A DNA stretch of 58,218 nucleotides from a virus (Duplodnaviria; Caudoviricetes), in IMG/VR virus record IMGVR_UViG_3300046171_000069, positions 1-58,218 of that record. One strand, written 5' to 3'. The notes beneath the pieces were generated by a model. The model saw nothing but the letters and a program-made list of their open reading frames with translations, had not been told where the DNA came from and ran no database searches. This document shows, piece after piece, positions 15,681-26,204 of the stretch. Positions within the stretch are counted from its first letter, which is position 1. Each line of letters starts with the position of its first letter. Position numbers and translations under genes: made by a program.

Positions 15681-18600
15681 ATGCTGAAAATTTCAGAGAT
15701 AGAACGTGCGCTAGAGAATGCGAAACGTCAAGGCAACGCAGAGGCTGTTCAAAAAATTACTGGGATTTTGAATCGTGTTCGTCCTAAAGTAGAGGCGCGT
15801 CCTTCGCGTGAAGAGCAAAAACGACAGTACCTAGACTCACTACGCGAATCAGATTTTCGAGTCGGAGACCCAAGCCTTGGTGCTAATATCGCAGGTGGTT
15901 TTGGCTCAGGCTTTGTCGGTATGGGAGAGATGGCGGCTCTTGGTGCCGCTACGCTTCTTGAGGAAGAAGACGAACTAGCCGCTCGCCAGAAGATTCAATC
16001 AGTAGCAGAAGCGCTACGTCCCGAACGAGGCGACCCCGATTCTATTTCGTATAAGCTAGCGTCCGGCCTTGGCTCTATCGCAGGTATTGCTAGTCCCGCA
16101 CTCCTTGCCGCCGCCGCGCCTATTTCAGCCCCTGCCGCTGGTGCAATCGGCATAGGTGGTGCCGCCACGTTAGGTATTGGTGCTGGTGCTGGTGAAGCAA
16201 GTGAGCGTGCTCGTGCCGCTGGTGCTACCGAAGAAGAACGTGGTACAGCCTCTCTACGCGGTGCCGCCATAGGATCTTTAGAGGTAGTTCCCCTCACTCG
16301 AATTTTTAGACGTTTACCTAAACTTCGTGAGTTGTTTGAGAAAGGCGGAGAAGAAGTTAAACAAGAGGTAAAAGGTTTACGAAAACTTTTCCAAGAGCCA
16401 CAAACAGCTTTGGGTAGGACGGGCAGGACAGGACTCGGAGAAGGCGCACAAGAAGCCGCCGCAGGTATTCTTCAGAACCTTAACGAACGCGGATACAACG
16501 TTGAACGTGAGCTTGTTGACGCAGGCGTTCTTGAAGAAGGTGCAATCGGCGCTGGTTCAGGTGCGATATTACAGGCCATTGTCGAAGCCTTTACGCGTGG
16601 CAAACCTCGTGGAGCACCAAGAACTGAAGAGGCACCCGCTACTGAAGAAGAGATTGTAGAAGAAGAACAGCTACTGGGCTTACCTGCACCTGTTGATCCT
16701 GACGAATTAATACAAGTGCGTATGCCAGATGGTAGTACGCAAGAAGTTCCGGCACGGATAGTAGAAGAAGCTAGACGTAAAGAACGTGAAGCACGAGAGA
16801 CCGCTACACAACGAGAACAAGAAAGAAGGCAAGAAGCCATAAAAGACGAAGAGCGTAGAGGTTCTACGCGGGTGCCTACTGAGTTAATCGACGACAGACT
16901 AACCGCTGATATGTCGCCAGAAGAACGTGCACGTGTTAGAGCACAAGACGAACAAATCGACGCGTTTACAGCCGAACGACAAGCTGAACAGTCGAAAGTA
17001 GATCGTAAAGAACGTCAAGAGAAAAGAGCGGCAAGAAAGCTAGGTTTACGCGGTGATCGGATAGAAGACCAACCTGTACTGCCCGGTTTTGAGCAGGATA
17101 CTGAAGTACAGCGTGAGATGTTTGGGACTCGTAGAGTTGCTGGTAAAGATGTTCCTACAATCAAACGTCAGAAAGTAACGCCTGAATCAGAGCGGCTTAT
17201 GCGTAAGCCTACTCCTGCTCCAGAACAACAAGAGATGCGGCTCGAACAACCCCGTGCAGAACGAAGGCAGATAGAACAGCCCTTAATAGGACCAAAGGGC
17301 GGCATTCCAAGACGCCAAAAGGCTCCTTTTAAATCTGCTACACGAGAACCTAAGCCTACACCAGACATCATTACGGAAGAGCGCCTAAACGAACTAGGTG
17401 TTAATCGCTCATCACCTTTACGTAACCCTAAGTCCGGCATTATTGGTAAAGATTTAAATGATCCAGCCATTCGACGACGCCTTACTAAGTTTTCTCAAAG
17501 CACAAAACTCGGCAGTAAAAAATCTCGTGCAAATGTGGCACGATTACTGGAGGGGATATCGGAGAAGCAAGGTGATCTATTTACGGAAACGACACAGGGA
17601 CGCGGATCAGCCACTGCGACAGGAGTTCGAAATGCAGGGATTACAGAATCTGAGCAAGTTTCAAGTAGAGCTAGCGTTCCAAGTGCTGTACCAACTGTGG
17701 GGACAGAACCAAGAGTACCTTCTGATGGAACAGGTACCGAAGCCGTTGTTGCACCTGAAGCCGGAGGAGTGGATGACACTGGAGGACGCGTTGGAGAGCC
17801 TGTACGAGGAACGGATACTGAATCCGCTTCACTAGAAACTAAAACTACTACGGTTTCGGGGCAGGCAAAGAAAGCTACTACAGGTAAACAAGTTACACAG
17901 AAAACTACAACATCTGTTACCCCGGCAAAGAAGGAAAGAAAGTCAAGAACTACTAAAGGCGTAGTGAAGCGTGGAGTGTTGTCACGACCTAAGCTCTTTG
18001 AGGTTCCGACTGACAAAGATCCTGTATCAGATGCTGACGTTGATGCAGTTGAAGCTCGTTTAGAAGAAGCAGTTTCCCGAGATGAATCTAGATCTAAAAC
18101 AGATGAGAGATCGGCACTTGAAGCCTACTTCGGTAGAGACGAACGTGTTATCGATGCTTTGGATAGAGCTATTCATGACGTTGTGGATGAAAGCCCAAGA
18201 TTTACAGAGCAAAAAGGCACGAGCGCAGAAACAAAGGCGTACTTCGCGCAATCGGGTAGAGAAAACGCTAAGAAAGTTTTGGCGTGGGCTAAGAAGAATC
18301 TATCTGAAGAAACTAATGCGTGGATAAAAGAACGCACTAAGCAGAAGAAAAAGGCGCTTAGTCGAGTCAGCCAAAGAACTGTAGACGTAAAGAAGTCCGA
18401 AGAAAGAAAAGCTAGAAACCCTTCAGAGATGGAGGCACAAGCTAAGGTAGCGACACAAAGAGTAACGGAGCAGTACACTAACGAGCAGGCTTACGCAGAG
18501 CAAGAAGACGCACGTCAACAACGCGACCTCGATGCCGAAGTACAAGCAATCGAAGAATTCTTTAACGAAATACCCTACGAACTACGTACAGGTGATGTTG

Positions 18601-21600
18601 TACTTGGTAACACGTTACACCCAACCACTGCGGCTCTTTTACGCGAAGGTGAACTAACTGAAGCATTAAAAGTATTAGCGAGCCTTACACCTAATAAGGA
18701 TCTTGCGCGGATTGCCAATGCCTTCGCTGACAAGCTAGGCAAAACAAAGGTTAAGTTGTTCTCGTCTAAGGCTAAGGATAGTGTTGCCGGGTCGTTTGAC
18801 CCTAAGACGAACACGATTAATTTAAATACCGCTGACGGGATAAGCCAGCATACGTTAATGCACGAGGTAGGCCATGCGCTAACTTCGGCAACGTTGGCCA
18901 ACAAGTCACACCCCGTAACAAAACAACTCACTAGTCTTTATAACGACGTTAAAGACAAGTTCGGCACTGCGTATGGCGCTAAAAATCTAGATGAGTTTGT
19001 TTCTGAAGCACAATCTAACGAACGTTTCCGTGCAGAACTCGCTGGGATTAACCCTGACGGATCAAATATTAACGCGCTCCAACGCTTTCTAAACATAGTT
19101 GGGAACTTATTCCGGCAAGTAGTGGGTAAAAAACGTAAAGACATTGAGTCCGCTATGACTCAGGCTGACGCGCTAATTAATGAAATCCTCGCTCCTGCAC
19201 CCGAGTATCGAGACGCGAACGCCCTCGCTATGGAAAGCACTTATGCTGGGGTGAAACAAGTAGCGGATAAAATCGATGCGTTACAAAAAACAGTAGGAAA
19301 GCCCTTAACCAAAAAGGGTCGAGCAGAATTCGGGCAGTTGGGCAAAGAAACAATAGATTCTCTTGGAGAGAAATACGGCGATTTGGCTCTTAAGTTCTTA
19401 GATATGAACGCTTATATAGACGTCGCAAGAGCAACTAACGCTAAACTCGGTACGGTAGCTCAAAAAGCTCTTGTCGCAATGGAAAGAATGCGGGGTGCGT
19501 CAGCACAAAGAGATGACGCTACTTACAAGGCTATACAACCTATGGAGCGATGGTTTGACAGCACAACTCCAGAGCAGACAAAGCTGTTTAACGATATTAT
19601 TTATAACCGTGAGTACGGCTCTACCATCTTCCAAGTGGACCCCACGTTAACTCGTGCACAGGCCGAGAAGAAGTACAAAGGTAAGCCAGTAGACGGTAAT
19701 GATCTATGGGCTATCTGGCAAGAAAACCAGAAGCAGTGGAAGAAATTAGAGCCTGAAGGTAAAACAGTCTACAAAGACATGCAGGCGTTTTACCGTAAGC
19801 AATTTGAAGAACTAAAAGAAGTTATATTTAGCCGCATCGAAACGATGGCTGATGGCGATACTCAGACCATTGCAAAGCTAAAAACTGAGTTTGAAAAGAA
19901 GTTGTTTGATCGAAAAGGTATGGATGTCTACTTCCCGCTAGTTCGTGAAGGCAGATACAAAATAGGTTTCCGGTACAAGCCCGGAAAAACACCTAAAGGT
20001 CAAGATAATTTTGTGTTCGAGATGCACCAGAACCGGAAGGACTGGTTAGCGCAACTTCGTGAGATTGAAAGTAATCCTGATATGGAGTTAGTGCGTTCTT
20101 CTGATAATGAATCGTTTGTGGATTATGCGAAACAAGCACCTTCGTCTTCGTTCGTAAACCAGACATTAAAGATGATGCAGGCGAAAAAAGTAGACGGTGA
20201 AGTTCAAGAAGCATTTATGCGGATGGTGGTTTCTACGTTACCAGAATCTTCGTTAGCTCGTTCACTACAAAGTCGAAAAAATACAGCCGGTCACGAGACT
20301 GATGCGCTCTACGCAATAAAGACTAAAGGATACGACCTTGGACGTCAGATAGAAAAACTAAAATTCTCAGGAAGTATGCAGAATATTCTATCTGATTTAG
20401 AAAAGGTATCACGGACAGAATCCGAAAAGTTTAAGCCAGAAGAGCAATGGAAACTCGAACAGTCCATAAAAGACTTACAGAGTCGAATGAATTTTGCTGT
20501 AAGCGGAGCTAAGTACAAAGAAGTAGAAGGAGTTGTACGAGTAGCTAACCAAATGGCGTTTGTAGGGACTATTGGTTTCAACACAGCGTCCGCTATGGTG
20601 CAAACAGCGCAGATACCTATGGTTGTCATGCCTATGATGATGGCTAAGTATGGAGTAAAACCGACACTACAAGCTATGTATCGCGCGATGCGACTAGTCA
20701 TGAGTGCACGTAACCATCGTCCAGAACTAGATAACTTATCCGCAGTAAAGGGTAAGCGGCTCGCACAAAAAGCCACCGACGCCGCAGGTAAATTCTCTCC
20801 TGCGTACGGCCTAGATGCGTATTACAAACAGGATGGTGACAAGTTTGTCGTTAGAGATGATATCGATCTTAGCAAAGCTGAAAGAAAAGAACTTGAAGAG
20901 CTTGCGCCTTTAGTAAAACAAGCATCGGACCGTGGACACTTAAACCGTTCTTTCATGGCTGATGCAGTCGGTTTGCTAGAAGGAGGTAGAGCAAAACGTG
21001 ACGACGGAATGGGGTCAAAACTTTTATCTGGTTTAGACACCGGTACAGCTATATCTGCCATGATGTTTAACCAAGCAGAACGTTTCAACAGACAAGTCTC
21101 TATGGTGCTGGCTTATGATTTAGCTAAACAAGAAGCGAAAAAGAAAGGCGAGACTATTAGCGAAGACGTTTTAATAGAAGAAGCGTTTAGAGAAACACAC
21201 CGGTTAAATGGCGGCTCGACATTAGAAACAGCGCCCCCAGTAGTTCGAGAGAACGTAGGCCGCGTGGCGGGTATGTATAAGTCCTATGGTATGCGGATGT
21301 ATACCACCATGTTTAGCGTAGGCGCTAATGCGTTAGGTGTGTACGACAAGATGCTAAAAGAGCAAGGTCTGTCTGATGCAGAGATAAAAGAACGTGTGTC
21401 AGTCGCACGTAAACAAGCCTTCGGCATCCTTGGTTCTTCGATATTCTTCTCGGGTATACACGGCGTCCCTATTTACGGCGCTATACAATTAGTATATGAC
21501 CTGTTTGCAGGGGATGAGGACGACGACTTTAACTCTGTGGTACGAGACTATGTAGGTGAAGGTTGGTACAAAGGCGCGGTTAACAAGATACTCTCCGAAG

Positions 21601-22271
21601 CTGGTGTAGGTATAGACGTCGCTTCTCGGGTGCGTTTGACCGGACTGATCATTCAGACAAACCGCTATCAAACTGACCCTTCAGCAGAAGAGTTTATTGG
21701 TTACTACCTTGGTGGTCCGGCGCTTAGTGTCGGTAAACGTCTTGGGCGCGGATTCTCTGATTTATATGATGGTGAGTTCCAACGAGGCGTCGAAAACCTC
21801 CTACCTGTCGGTATTTCTAATGCTTATAAAGTGCTCGGTCGTTATCAGCAGGATGGCGGCATCTACTCGCGTCGCGGAGACCCTATCTACGATGATATTA
21901 CTGGCGGAGAAATGGTAGGACAGTTCTTTGGATTTGCGCCGTCAGAATACACGCGGATTCAAGAGAACAACCAACGAGTTAAGAAAATTGACATAGCCTT
22001 ATCTCGAAAAGCATCTGAACTTCGCAAGCAATACTATCTTGCTACTCGCCAGAATGATTACGAGAAAGCTCGTGAAGTACTGAAAGAGATAAACAAGTAC
22101 AACCGTAATCACCCCAGCTTTGCGATCACACAGGATTCTATTGACCGGTCGATGAAGCAACACATGAAAACATCTACTGAGATGTACAACGGCGTAACGC
22201 TATCTCCAGCGATGCGTAGGATACTAGACGATCAGTTAGAAGCAGAGCGCAACGGTTTCATAGCCCCTTAA
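15681..22271 (+). CDS. Large polyvalent-type internal virion protein with zincin metallopeptidase motif
   Basis: 2196 aa; N-terminal hydrophobic Gly/Ala segment; GSFDPKTNTINL...TLMHEVGH...LDEFVSEA (HExxH plus downstream Glu); helical C-terminal region; last gene of the late arm. Confidence 0.75.
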   Translation: MLKISEIERALENAKRQGNAEAVQKITGILNRVRPKVEARPSREEQKRQYLDSLRESDFRVGDPSLGANIAGGFGSGFVGMGEMAALGAATLLEEEDELAARQKIQSVAEALRPERGDPDSISYKLASGLGSIAGIASPALLAAAAPISAPAAGAIGIGGAATLGIGAGAGEASERARAAGATEEERGTASLRGAAIGSLEVVPLTRIFRRLPKLRELFEKGGEEVKQEVKGLRKLFQEPQTALGRTGRTGLGEGAQEAAAGILQNLNERGYNVERELVDAGVLEEGAIGAGSGAILQAIVEAFTRGKPRGAPRTEEAPATEEEIVEEEQLLGLPAPVDPDELIQVRMPDGSTQEVPARIVEEARRKEREARETATQREQERRQEAIKDEERRGSTRVPTELIDDRLTADMSPEERARVRAQDEQIDAFTAERQAEQSKVDRKERQEKRAARKLGLRGDRIEDQPVLPGFEQDTEVQREMFGTRRVAGKDVPTIKRQKVTPESERLMRKPTPAPEQQEMRLEQPRAERRQIEQPLIGPKGGIPRRQKAPFKSATREPKPTPDIITEERLNELGVNRSSPLRNPKSGIIGKDLNDPAIRRRLTKFSQSTKLGSKKSRANVARLLEGISEKQGDLFTETTQGRGSATATGVRNAGITESEQVSSRASVPSAVPTVGTEPRVPSDGTGTEAVVAPEAGGVDDTGGRVGEPVRGTDTESASLETKTTTVSGQAKKATTGKQVTQKTTTSVTPAKKERKSRTTKGVVKRGVLSRPKLFEVPTDKDPVSDADVDAVEARLEEAVSRDESRSKTDERSALEAYFGRDERVIDALDRAIHDVVDESPRFTEQKGTSAETKAYFAQSGRENAKKVLAWAKKNLSEETNAWIKERTKQKKKALSRVSQRTVDVKKSEERKARNPSEMEAQAKVATQRVTEQYTNEQAYAEQEDARQQRDLDAEVQAIEEFFNEIPYELRTGDVVLGNTLHPTTAALLREGELTEALKVLASLTPNKDLARIANAFADKLGKTKVKLFSSKAKDSVAGSFDPKTNTINLNTADGISQHTLMHEVGHALTSATLANKSHPVTKQLTSLYNDVKDKFGTAYGAKNLDEFVSEAQSNERFRAELAGINPDGSNINALQRFLNIVGNLFRQVVGKKRKDIESAMTQADALINEILAPAPEYRDANALAMESTYAGVKQVADKIDALQKTVGKPLTKKGRAEFGQLGKETIDSLGEKYGDLALKFLDMNAYIDVARATNAKLGTVAQKALVAMERMRGASAQRDDATYKAIQPMERWFDSTTPEQTKLFNDIIYNREYGSTIFQVDPTLTRAQAEKKYKGKPVDGNDLWAIWQENQKQWKKLEPEGKTVYKDMQAFYRKQFEELKEVIFSRIETMADGDTQTIAKLKTEFEKKLFDRKGMDVYFPLVREGRYKIGFRYKPGKTPKGQDNFVFEMHQNRKDWLAQLREIESNPDMELVRSSDNESFVDYAKQAPSSSFVNQTLKMMQAKKVDGEVQEAFMRMVVSTLPESSLARSLQSRKNTAGHETDALYAIKTKGYDLGRQIEKLKFSGSMQNILSDLEKVSRTESEKFKPEEQWKLEQSIKDLQSRMNFAVSGAKYKEVEGVVRVANQMAFVGTIGFNTASAMVQTAQIPMVVMPMMMAKYGVKPTLQAMYRAMRLVMSARNHRPELDNLSAVKGKRLAQKATDAAGKFSPAYGLDAYYKQDGDKFVVRDDIDLSKAERKELEELAPLVKQASDRGHLNRSFMADAVGLLEGGRAKRDDGMGSKLLSGLDTGTAISAMMFNQAERFNRQVSMVLAYDLAKQEAKKKGETISEDVLIEEAFRETHRLNGGSTLETAPPVVRENVGRVAGMYKSYGMRMYTTMFSVGANALGVYDKMLKEQGLSDAEIKERVSVARKQAFGILGSSIFFSGIHGVPIYGAIQLVYDLFAGDEDDDFNSVVRDYVGEGWYKGAVNKILSEAGVGIDVASRVRLTGLIIQTNRYQTDPSAEEFIGYYLGGPALSVGKRLGRGFSDLYDGEFQRGVENLLPVGISNAYKVLGRYQQDGGIYSRRGDPIYDDITGGEMVGQFFGFAPSEYTRIQENNQRVKKIDIALSRKASELRKQYYLATRQNDYEKAREVLKEINKYNRNHPSFAITQDSIDRSMKQHMKTSTEMYNGVTLSPAMRRILDDQLEAERNGFIAP

Positions 22272-22273
22272 CG

Positions 22274-22304
22274 AAAAAACCCCCTTCGGGGGACCAAAGG
22301 GGGA
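22274..22304 (-). terminator. Intrinsic terminator at convergence of the two arms
   Basis: Minus strand CCCCC-GAA-GGGGG (or the longer CCCCCUUU/GAAGGGGG stem) followed by TTTTTT. Confidence 0.8.
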
Positions 22305-22380
22305 ATACTTTTCTTACAAAGGAGAACATATCAACAAACTACGTTTGTAGGAGCAACACGTAATTTGTCCCGATCAACAT
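22274..22380 (-). ncRNA. Candidate small RNA with two anti-RBS segments (GUGUUGCUCCUA, UGUUCUCCUU)
   Basis: Non-coding gap ending in a terminator. Both segments are complementary to the GGAG(A/C)AC box of early genes. Confidence 0.45.
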
Positions 22381-22381
22381 A

Positions 22382-22603
22382 TCACATTTTACGCCAAAAA
22401 CGTACCCCTAAGCACCCATTCTCAATCCTTACTCGACTAGTTATCTCCCAGCCTTTCTCGGTGCATATACGATTCACTTCTTTTATAGCGTCCTCGGTAT
22501 TGATACACGGGATGAATATAGAGGTACCGATACTCATGTTGTCCCAGTTGACTTCAATCCGTACCCCATCAGGTGCAAGATCATAAGTCCTCAAGATTTT
22601 CAT
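22382..22603 (-). CDS. Hypothetical protein following primase-helicase
   Basis: MKILRTYDLAPDGVRIEVNWD...GVRFWRKM; overlaps the end of the upstream gene. Confidence 0.7.
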   Translation of the reverse strand: MKILRTYDLAPDGVRIEVNWDNMSIGTSIFIPCINTEDAIKEVNRICTEKGWEITSRVRIENGCLGVRFWRKM

Positions 22604-25409
22604 CGTCGGGTTCCATGTCAAACTTCATAGCAATCACATCCGTAGGAGGTAGCTGTAGGTTGGTACCCTTTGTAAGCCGTACCTTCTTACGTTTGCCTTG
22701 GCACTTACTGATAATCTCGCTGACCAAGTGCGCGTAGTTTATTTGCAAATCACCACACCACTCCTTCAAAGGTTTAGGTTTAACATAAAACATCTTAGTG
22801 TCTGTTTCGTACCTAGCGATCAAACGTCCACGCGCAACCTGCTCGGGGATTACATGTTGGTCTAACCCGTTATCGTGTGTGCCTCGATTGTCCATCGTGC
22901 TTTTTATCTGAAGGATGTAGCTAATGTTTTCGCTAAAGAAGTCATCGAGAACATCGTAGACGCTACCTGCCATCTCATTCATGTTGCGCTTGTTTTGCGC
23001 GACTAGTTCAGTCACGGCCCACTTAAATACCTTCTGAACATCGAAGTCGTGCAGACCCGCTCGTTTAGCTATGAGCAAGCCGGATATGGTTGACGCTATA
23101 GTTGCTGACCAGAATCGGTTTTCGGACGTTAGCTCGGCCACCTTGTCTACGCGCTTCTGCACGTCTAGAACGATCTGACGGCACTCTGATAGGTTTTTAA
23201 GGATGTGCTGTATGTAAATCACCCCCGCGTGTCCATAGTTGTTCAGAAGGCTATTCTCGAAGGCGTCAGTGGTTTCCTTGTCTTTCACTGAGTCGAAGAT
23301 ACGTTCCACGCGACACTCAAGTACCCGCTGTGCCTCTGCTTTCGGCATAGCTTTCGCCATACTGATACGCTCTACAACGCTGGTGTTGGCGGTATACATC
23401 ATCAAGAGACTCCACCGGTCTCCACGGTAACGTTCTACGTTCGAGCTTTGAGACATACGCCCACGCTGTTGCCCACTCGTTCCTTGGTAAACAAGTTCTG
23501 ACATCTGCTTGGGAGCCATGTTTGTGATCTCGTCGATACCTGTCGGAAGACTGTGCATCAACTCTGCACGGTTCATCTTAAAGTTGTAGGTATCATCCTT
23601 CTGCAACACGAGCTGTTCTGGGTCGCCCCATATACCTGACGCGGCTAACAGTAGGGCGGTCTTACCGACACCGGAGTCTTTGTTATAGAAAGACACAGTG
23701 CCGCAGTTGGTATTCAGGAACTCCATCAACGGACTACCAAACCCCATGCCGAATGCAAACTGCTGAAGAACAAACCTATCTTCATTCCACAGTGACAGGT
23801 TTTCACGCCATGCCTCGTAGGTACCTTTAGGTTCAAAGGCTGGAAACAATCCTACTGTTTGGTTAGACGGCGGGTTGAACTCAACGCTATCAGCAGTGAC
23901 TTTTTGATTCCCAAGAATGAATCCACTCATGTCGTCAGTCCAACCAAACTGACGGTGCGCTTGATCTGCTGTGCTGGTAGCTTGCAACTCATCTACCCAA
24001 TGCAATGTATACGTCATTAGCTCATCCATTTTCTTCAAGGTAACGCCTCTCGAAGACAGCGCCTTACGGAATTCTTCTGTCGATGTGACAGCACTCATAG
24101 GCAAAGTGAACTCCCGCACACCGTCTCTCGGTAAGTGCAGACGCATAACTATCGCCTCGCCTACCTCGGGGTCGTGTACGCGTTTCACAACATACAAGTC
24201 GTTGTGGTACAGCCGCTTCTCTTCTACGTCACCTTCTTCATTAGTCGTCCTAATATATACCCCGCCGTTCACACCACGAACGTAAGGCGGAGGATACTTA
24301 GGTATCTCATAAGTTGTTTTAGGTTGGTTAGGTATCTCTAGTGCCGGGGCTTCAACATAAGTGCCGTCGTCCCCAACCTCGGCTTCTTTGAGCCGCCTAC
24401 CCAACACAATCGGCGATTTTACCTGCCCCCACTGCGGACAGTTCGGGCACACGTCAGGGTTAAACTCATCAAACTTCGCACACGTGTACGGACCTTTGAT
24501 TTGTCTGAGCTTATCCTGAGTATCTTCTGGCGTGTATTCGGGATGGTTTTTGGAGATGATGTGCATCGCCTTATCACTATCCGTACAGAACTTAGCGATA
24601 GATAACCCCGCTCGCCAGAGAGGTTCGCTTGTTTCTTCTTGGTGCCGGATGATGTTGTACAACTGCTCACAGCCATCACCACGTTGAGTCTTCACCAAGA
24701 TATCTTTAAACACATTTTCTTGATTACCCATCAGGTTGTGCATTGTTTGGCTCAACTCTTTGGGTATGTGTTTAGTCGGAACTGGTATCATTTCTCCGCC
24801 AAGCAATTCGGAGAATGTGTCAAAAACGACAGTCTCAAATCGCTCACCTAAGCCAAAAAAGCCTACGTCCGACGGAGGATTAGTCTTGTAGTTATGTGTG
24901 TCAGGAACTCTTAACACGCGTGCACCATCAGCGGTTACCGCAGGGTCAGCTAAGAAGTTCTGTTTTGCACACAAACGCTTCAGTCTTTCTGCTACGGGAA
25001 ACCAATCCTCATAGCACACCGGTTCCGATAGAAACCAATAGACGTGTACACCACGCCCCGAGTTAACCATCGTCGGTGTTGGTAGTTGGTTGGCACTACA
25101 AAACTTACGCAGTGCTTTGATTGCTTCTTCTTGCGAAGCAAAGTCTTTTGTCGGGCCACAATCGAGGTCAAGAAAGAACGACTGGAGATGTTTTACATTA
25201 TCAACTTTACGGGAGTTAGCTTCTTGGAACGTTGCTAGCCCGTAGTATACGTCGTACCCCTGCTGGTCAAACTGCGTTGCGGCTTCCACAACATCGTCGA
25301 TAGAGCTATAGAATTTTTGTGTCTTACGCTCGTCCGCCGATTTTGCCGCAAATATGCAATAGTGCCCCTCGCTACTAAGTACCCTCTCTAAAAATGTTTT
25401 CGTTTCCAT
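22581..25409 (-). CDS. AEP-family primase fused to DUF927-like region and P-loop helicase
   Basis: FFLDLDCG, VNSGRGVHVYW and RVLRVP (AEP motifs); Cys cluster; SGVGKT Walker A and GIDEIT Walker B. Likely start METK after GGTGG. Confidence 0.85.
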   Translation of the reverse strand: METKTFLERVLSSEGHYCIFAAKSADERKTQKFYSSIDDVVEAATQFDQQGYDVYYGLATFQEANSRKVDNVKHLQSFFLDLDCGPTKDFASQEEAIKALRKFCSANQLPTPTMVNSGRGVHVYWFLSEPVCYEDWFPVAERLKRLCAKQNFLADPAVTADGARVLRVPDTHNYKTNPPSDVGFFGLGERFETVVFDTFSELLGGEMIPVPTKHIPKELSQTMHNLMGNQENVFKDILVKTQRGDGCEQLYNIIRHQEETSEPLWRAGLSIAKFCTDSDKAMHIISKNHPEYTPEDTQDKLRQIKGPYTCAKFDEFNPDVCPNCPQWGQVKSPIVLGRRLKEAEVGDDGTYVEAPALEIPNQPKTTYEIPKYPPPYVRGVNGGVYIRTTNEEGDVEEKRLYHNDLYVVKRVHDPEVGEAIVMRLHLPRDGVREFTLPMSAVTSTEEFRKALSSRGVTLKKMDELMTYTLHWVDELQATSTADQAHRQFGWTDDMSGFILGNQKVTADSVEFNPPSNQTVGLFPAFEPKGTYEAWRENLSLWNEDRFVLQQFAFGMGFGSPLMEFLNTNCGTVSFYNKDSGVGKTALLLAASGIWGDPEQLVLQKDDTYNFKMNRAELMHSLPTGIDEITNMAPKQMSELVYQGTSGQQRGRMSQSSNVERYRGDRWSLLMMYTANTSVVERISMAKAMPKAEAQRVLECRVERIFDSVKDKETTDAFENSLLNNYGHAGVIYIQHILKNLSECRQIVLDVQKRVDKVAELTSENRFWSATIASTISGLLIAKRAGLHDFDVQKVFKWAVTELVAQNKRNMNEMAGSVYDVLDDFFSENISYILQIKSTMDNRGTHDNGLDQHVIPEQVARGRLIARYETDTKMFYVKPKPLKEWCGDLQINYAHLVSEIISKCQGKRKKVRLTKGTNLQLPPTDVIAMKFDMEPDDENLEDL

Positions 25410-25498
25410 GTACCCACCCATTGCTTGCAACGTTACGGCAGAGACGTTTGTCCCCCGCCCTGCCGTAACGCGGTTCAATTACCATTGTGACGAGTAAC

Positions 25499-26203
25499 TT
25501 AGTCGTCCCAGTTGTCGATAATTGCACTGAGGTCTTCATTCTCTGCGGGTGCTGGAGCAGATTTCTTTACAACTTTGGTTGGCTCCTCGATGGCGGGTTC
25601 CGCTGGAGCAGGTTCATCAAACCCGTCCAAGTTATCAGCCTTCGGTGCTGGAGCACTTTGTGCAAACGGATTTGACTCGCTTACATCGAAACCATCCACA
25701 GCACTAAACGGTGATACAGATTGGCGTTCTGCTAGTTTTATTACCTGCACACCGCGCAGTCTTAAAGATACCCCTGCACCCATCGATGCGCTATAGGGAA
25801 CTCCAACAACAGCAATATTAATTACGCTGTCACTTGTTAACTGGAAGTCATCAGGTAACTTCTGCGTCTTGGCATCGTACTGTGCTGGCTTGTTGGTCTT
25901 CTCACCGTTGTACGCACCCTTGAGGCTGGCCTTGTACTGGAACATACCATCGTCCGTTTTCTTGAACGGGTTCTTGATATCAGGCCAATTAGACTTCTTA
26001 CGCTCGTTGTATAGCGCTTTCATGTAAGCGTATAGCGAACGTGCTGTGTCCTCATCAGTCTTGAACTGTAGTGTGTATTCGGCACCGTCATCCAGTGCAT
26101 CGCATGGCACCGATCTATTTTCGGTGTTATCGAAACGGTAGGGGCGATCAATCTTTGGATAGATTGCGACCGCGTTGGGTATTACATGTTGCTCAGTTGA
26201 CAT
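25499..26203 (-). CDS. Single-stranded DNA-binding-like protein
   Basis: GVSLRLRGVQVIKL (T7 gp2.5-like OB end), acidic tail ending IIDNWDD, AAGGAG RBS. Confidence 0.6.
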   Translation of the reverse strand: MSTEQHVIPNAVAIYPKIDRPYRFDNTENRSVPCDALDDGAEYTLQFKTDEDTARSLYAYMKALYNERKKSNWPDIKNPFKKTDDGMFQYKASLKGAYNGEKTNKPAQYDAKTQKLPDDFQLTSDSVINIAVVGVPYSASMGAGVSLRLRGVQVIKLAERQSVSPFSAVDGFDVSESNPFAQSAPAPKADNLDGFDEPAPAEPAIEEPTKVVKKSAPAPAENEDLSAIIDNWDD

Positions 26204-26204
26204 A

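Noticed and set aside
15681-22271. Giant virion protein as an N4- or crAss-type virion RNA polymerase using the palindromes as hairpin promoters
   Set aside because: No DxDGD or T7-like polymerase motifs are recognisable, and sigma70-like promoters already precede the early genes.
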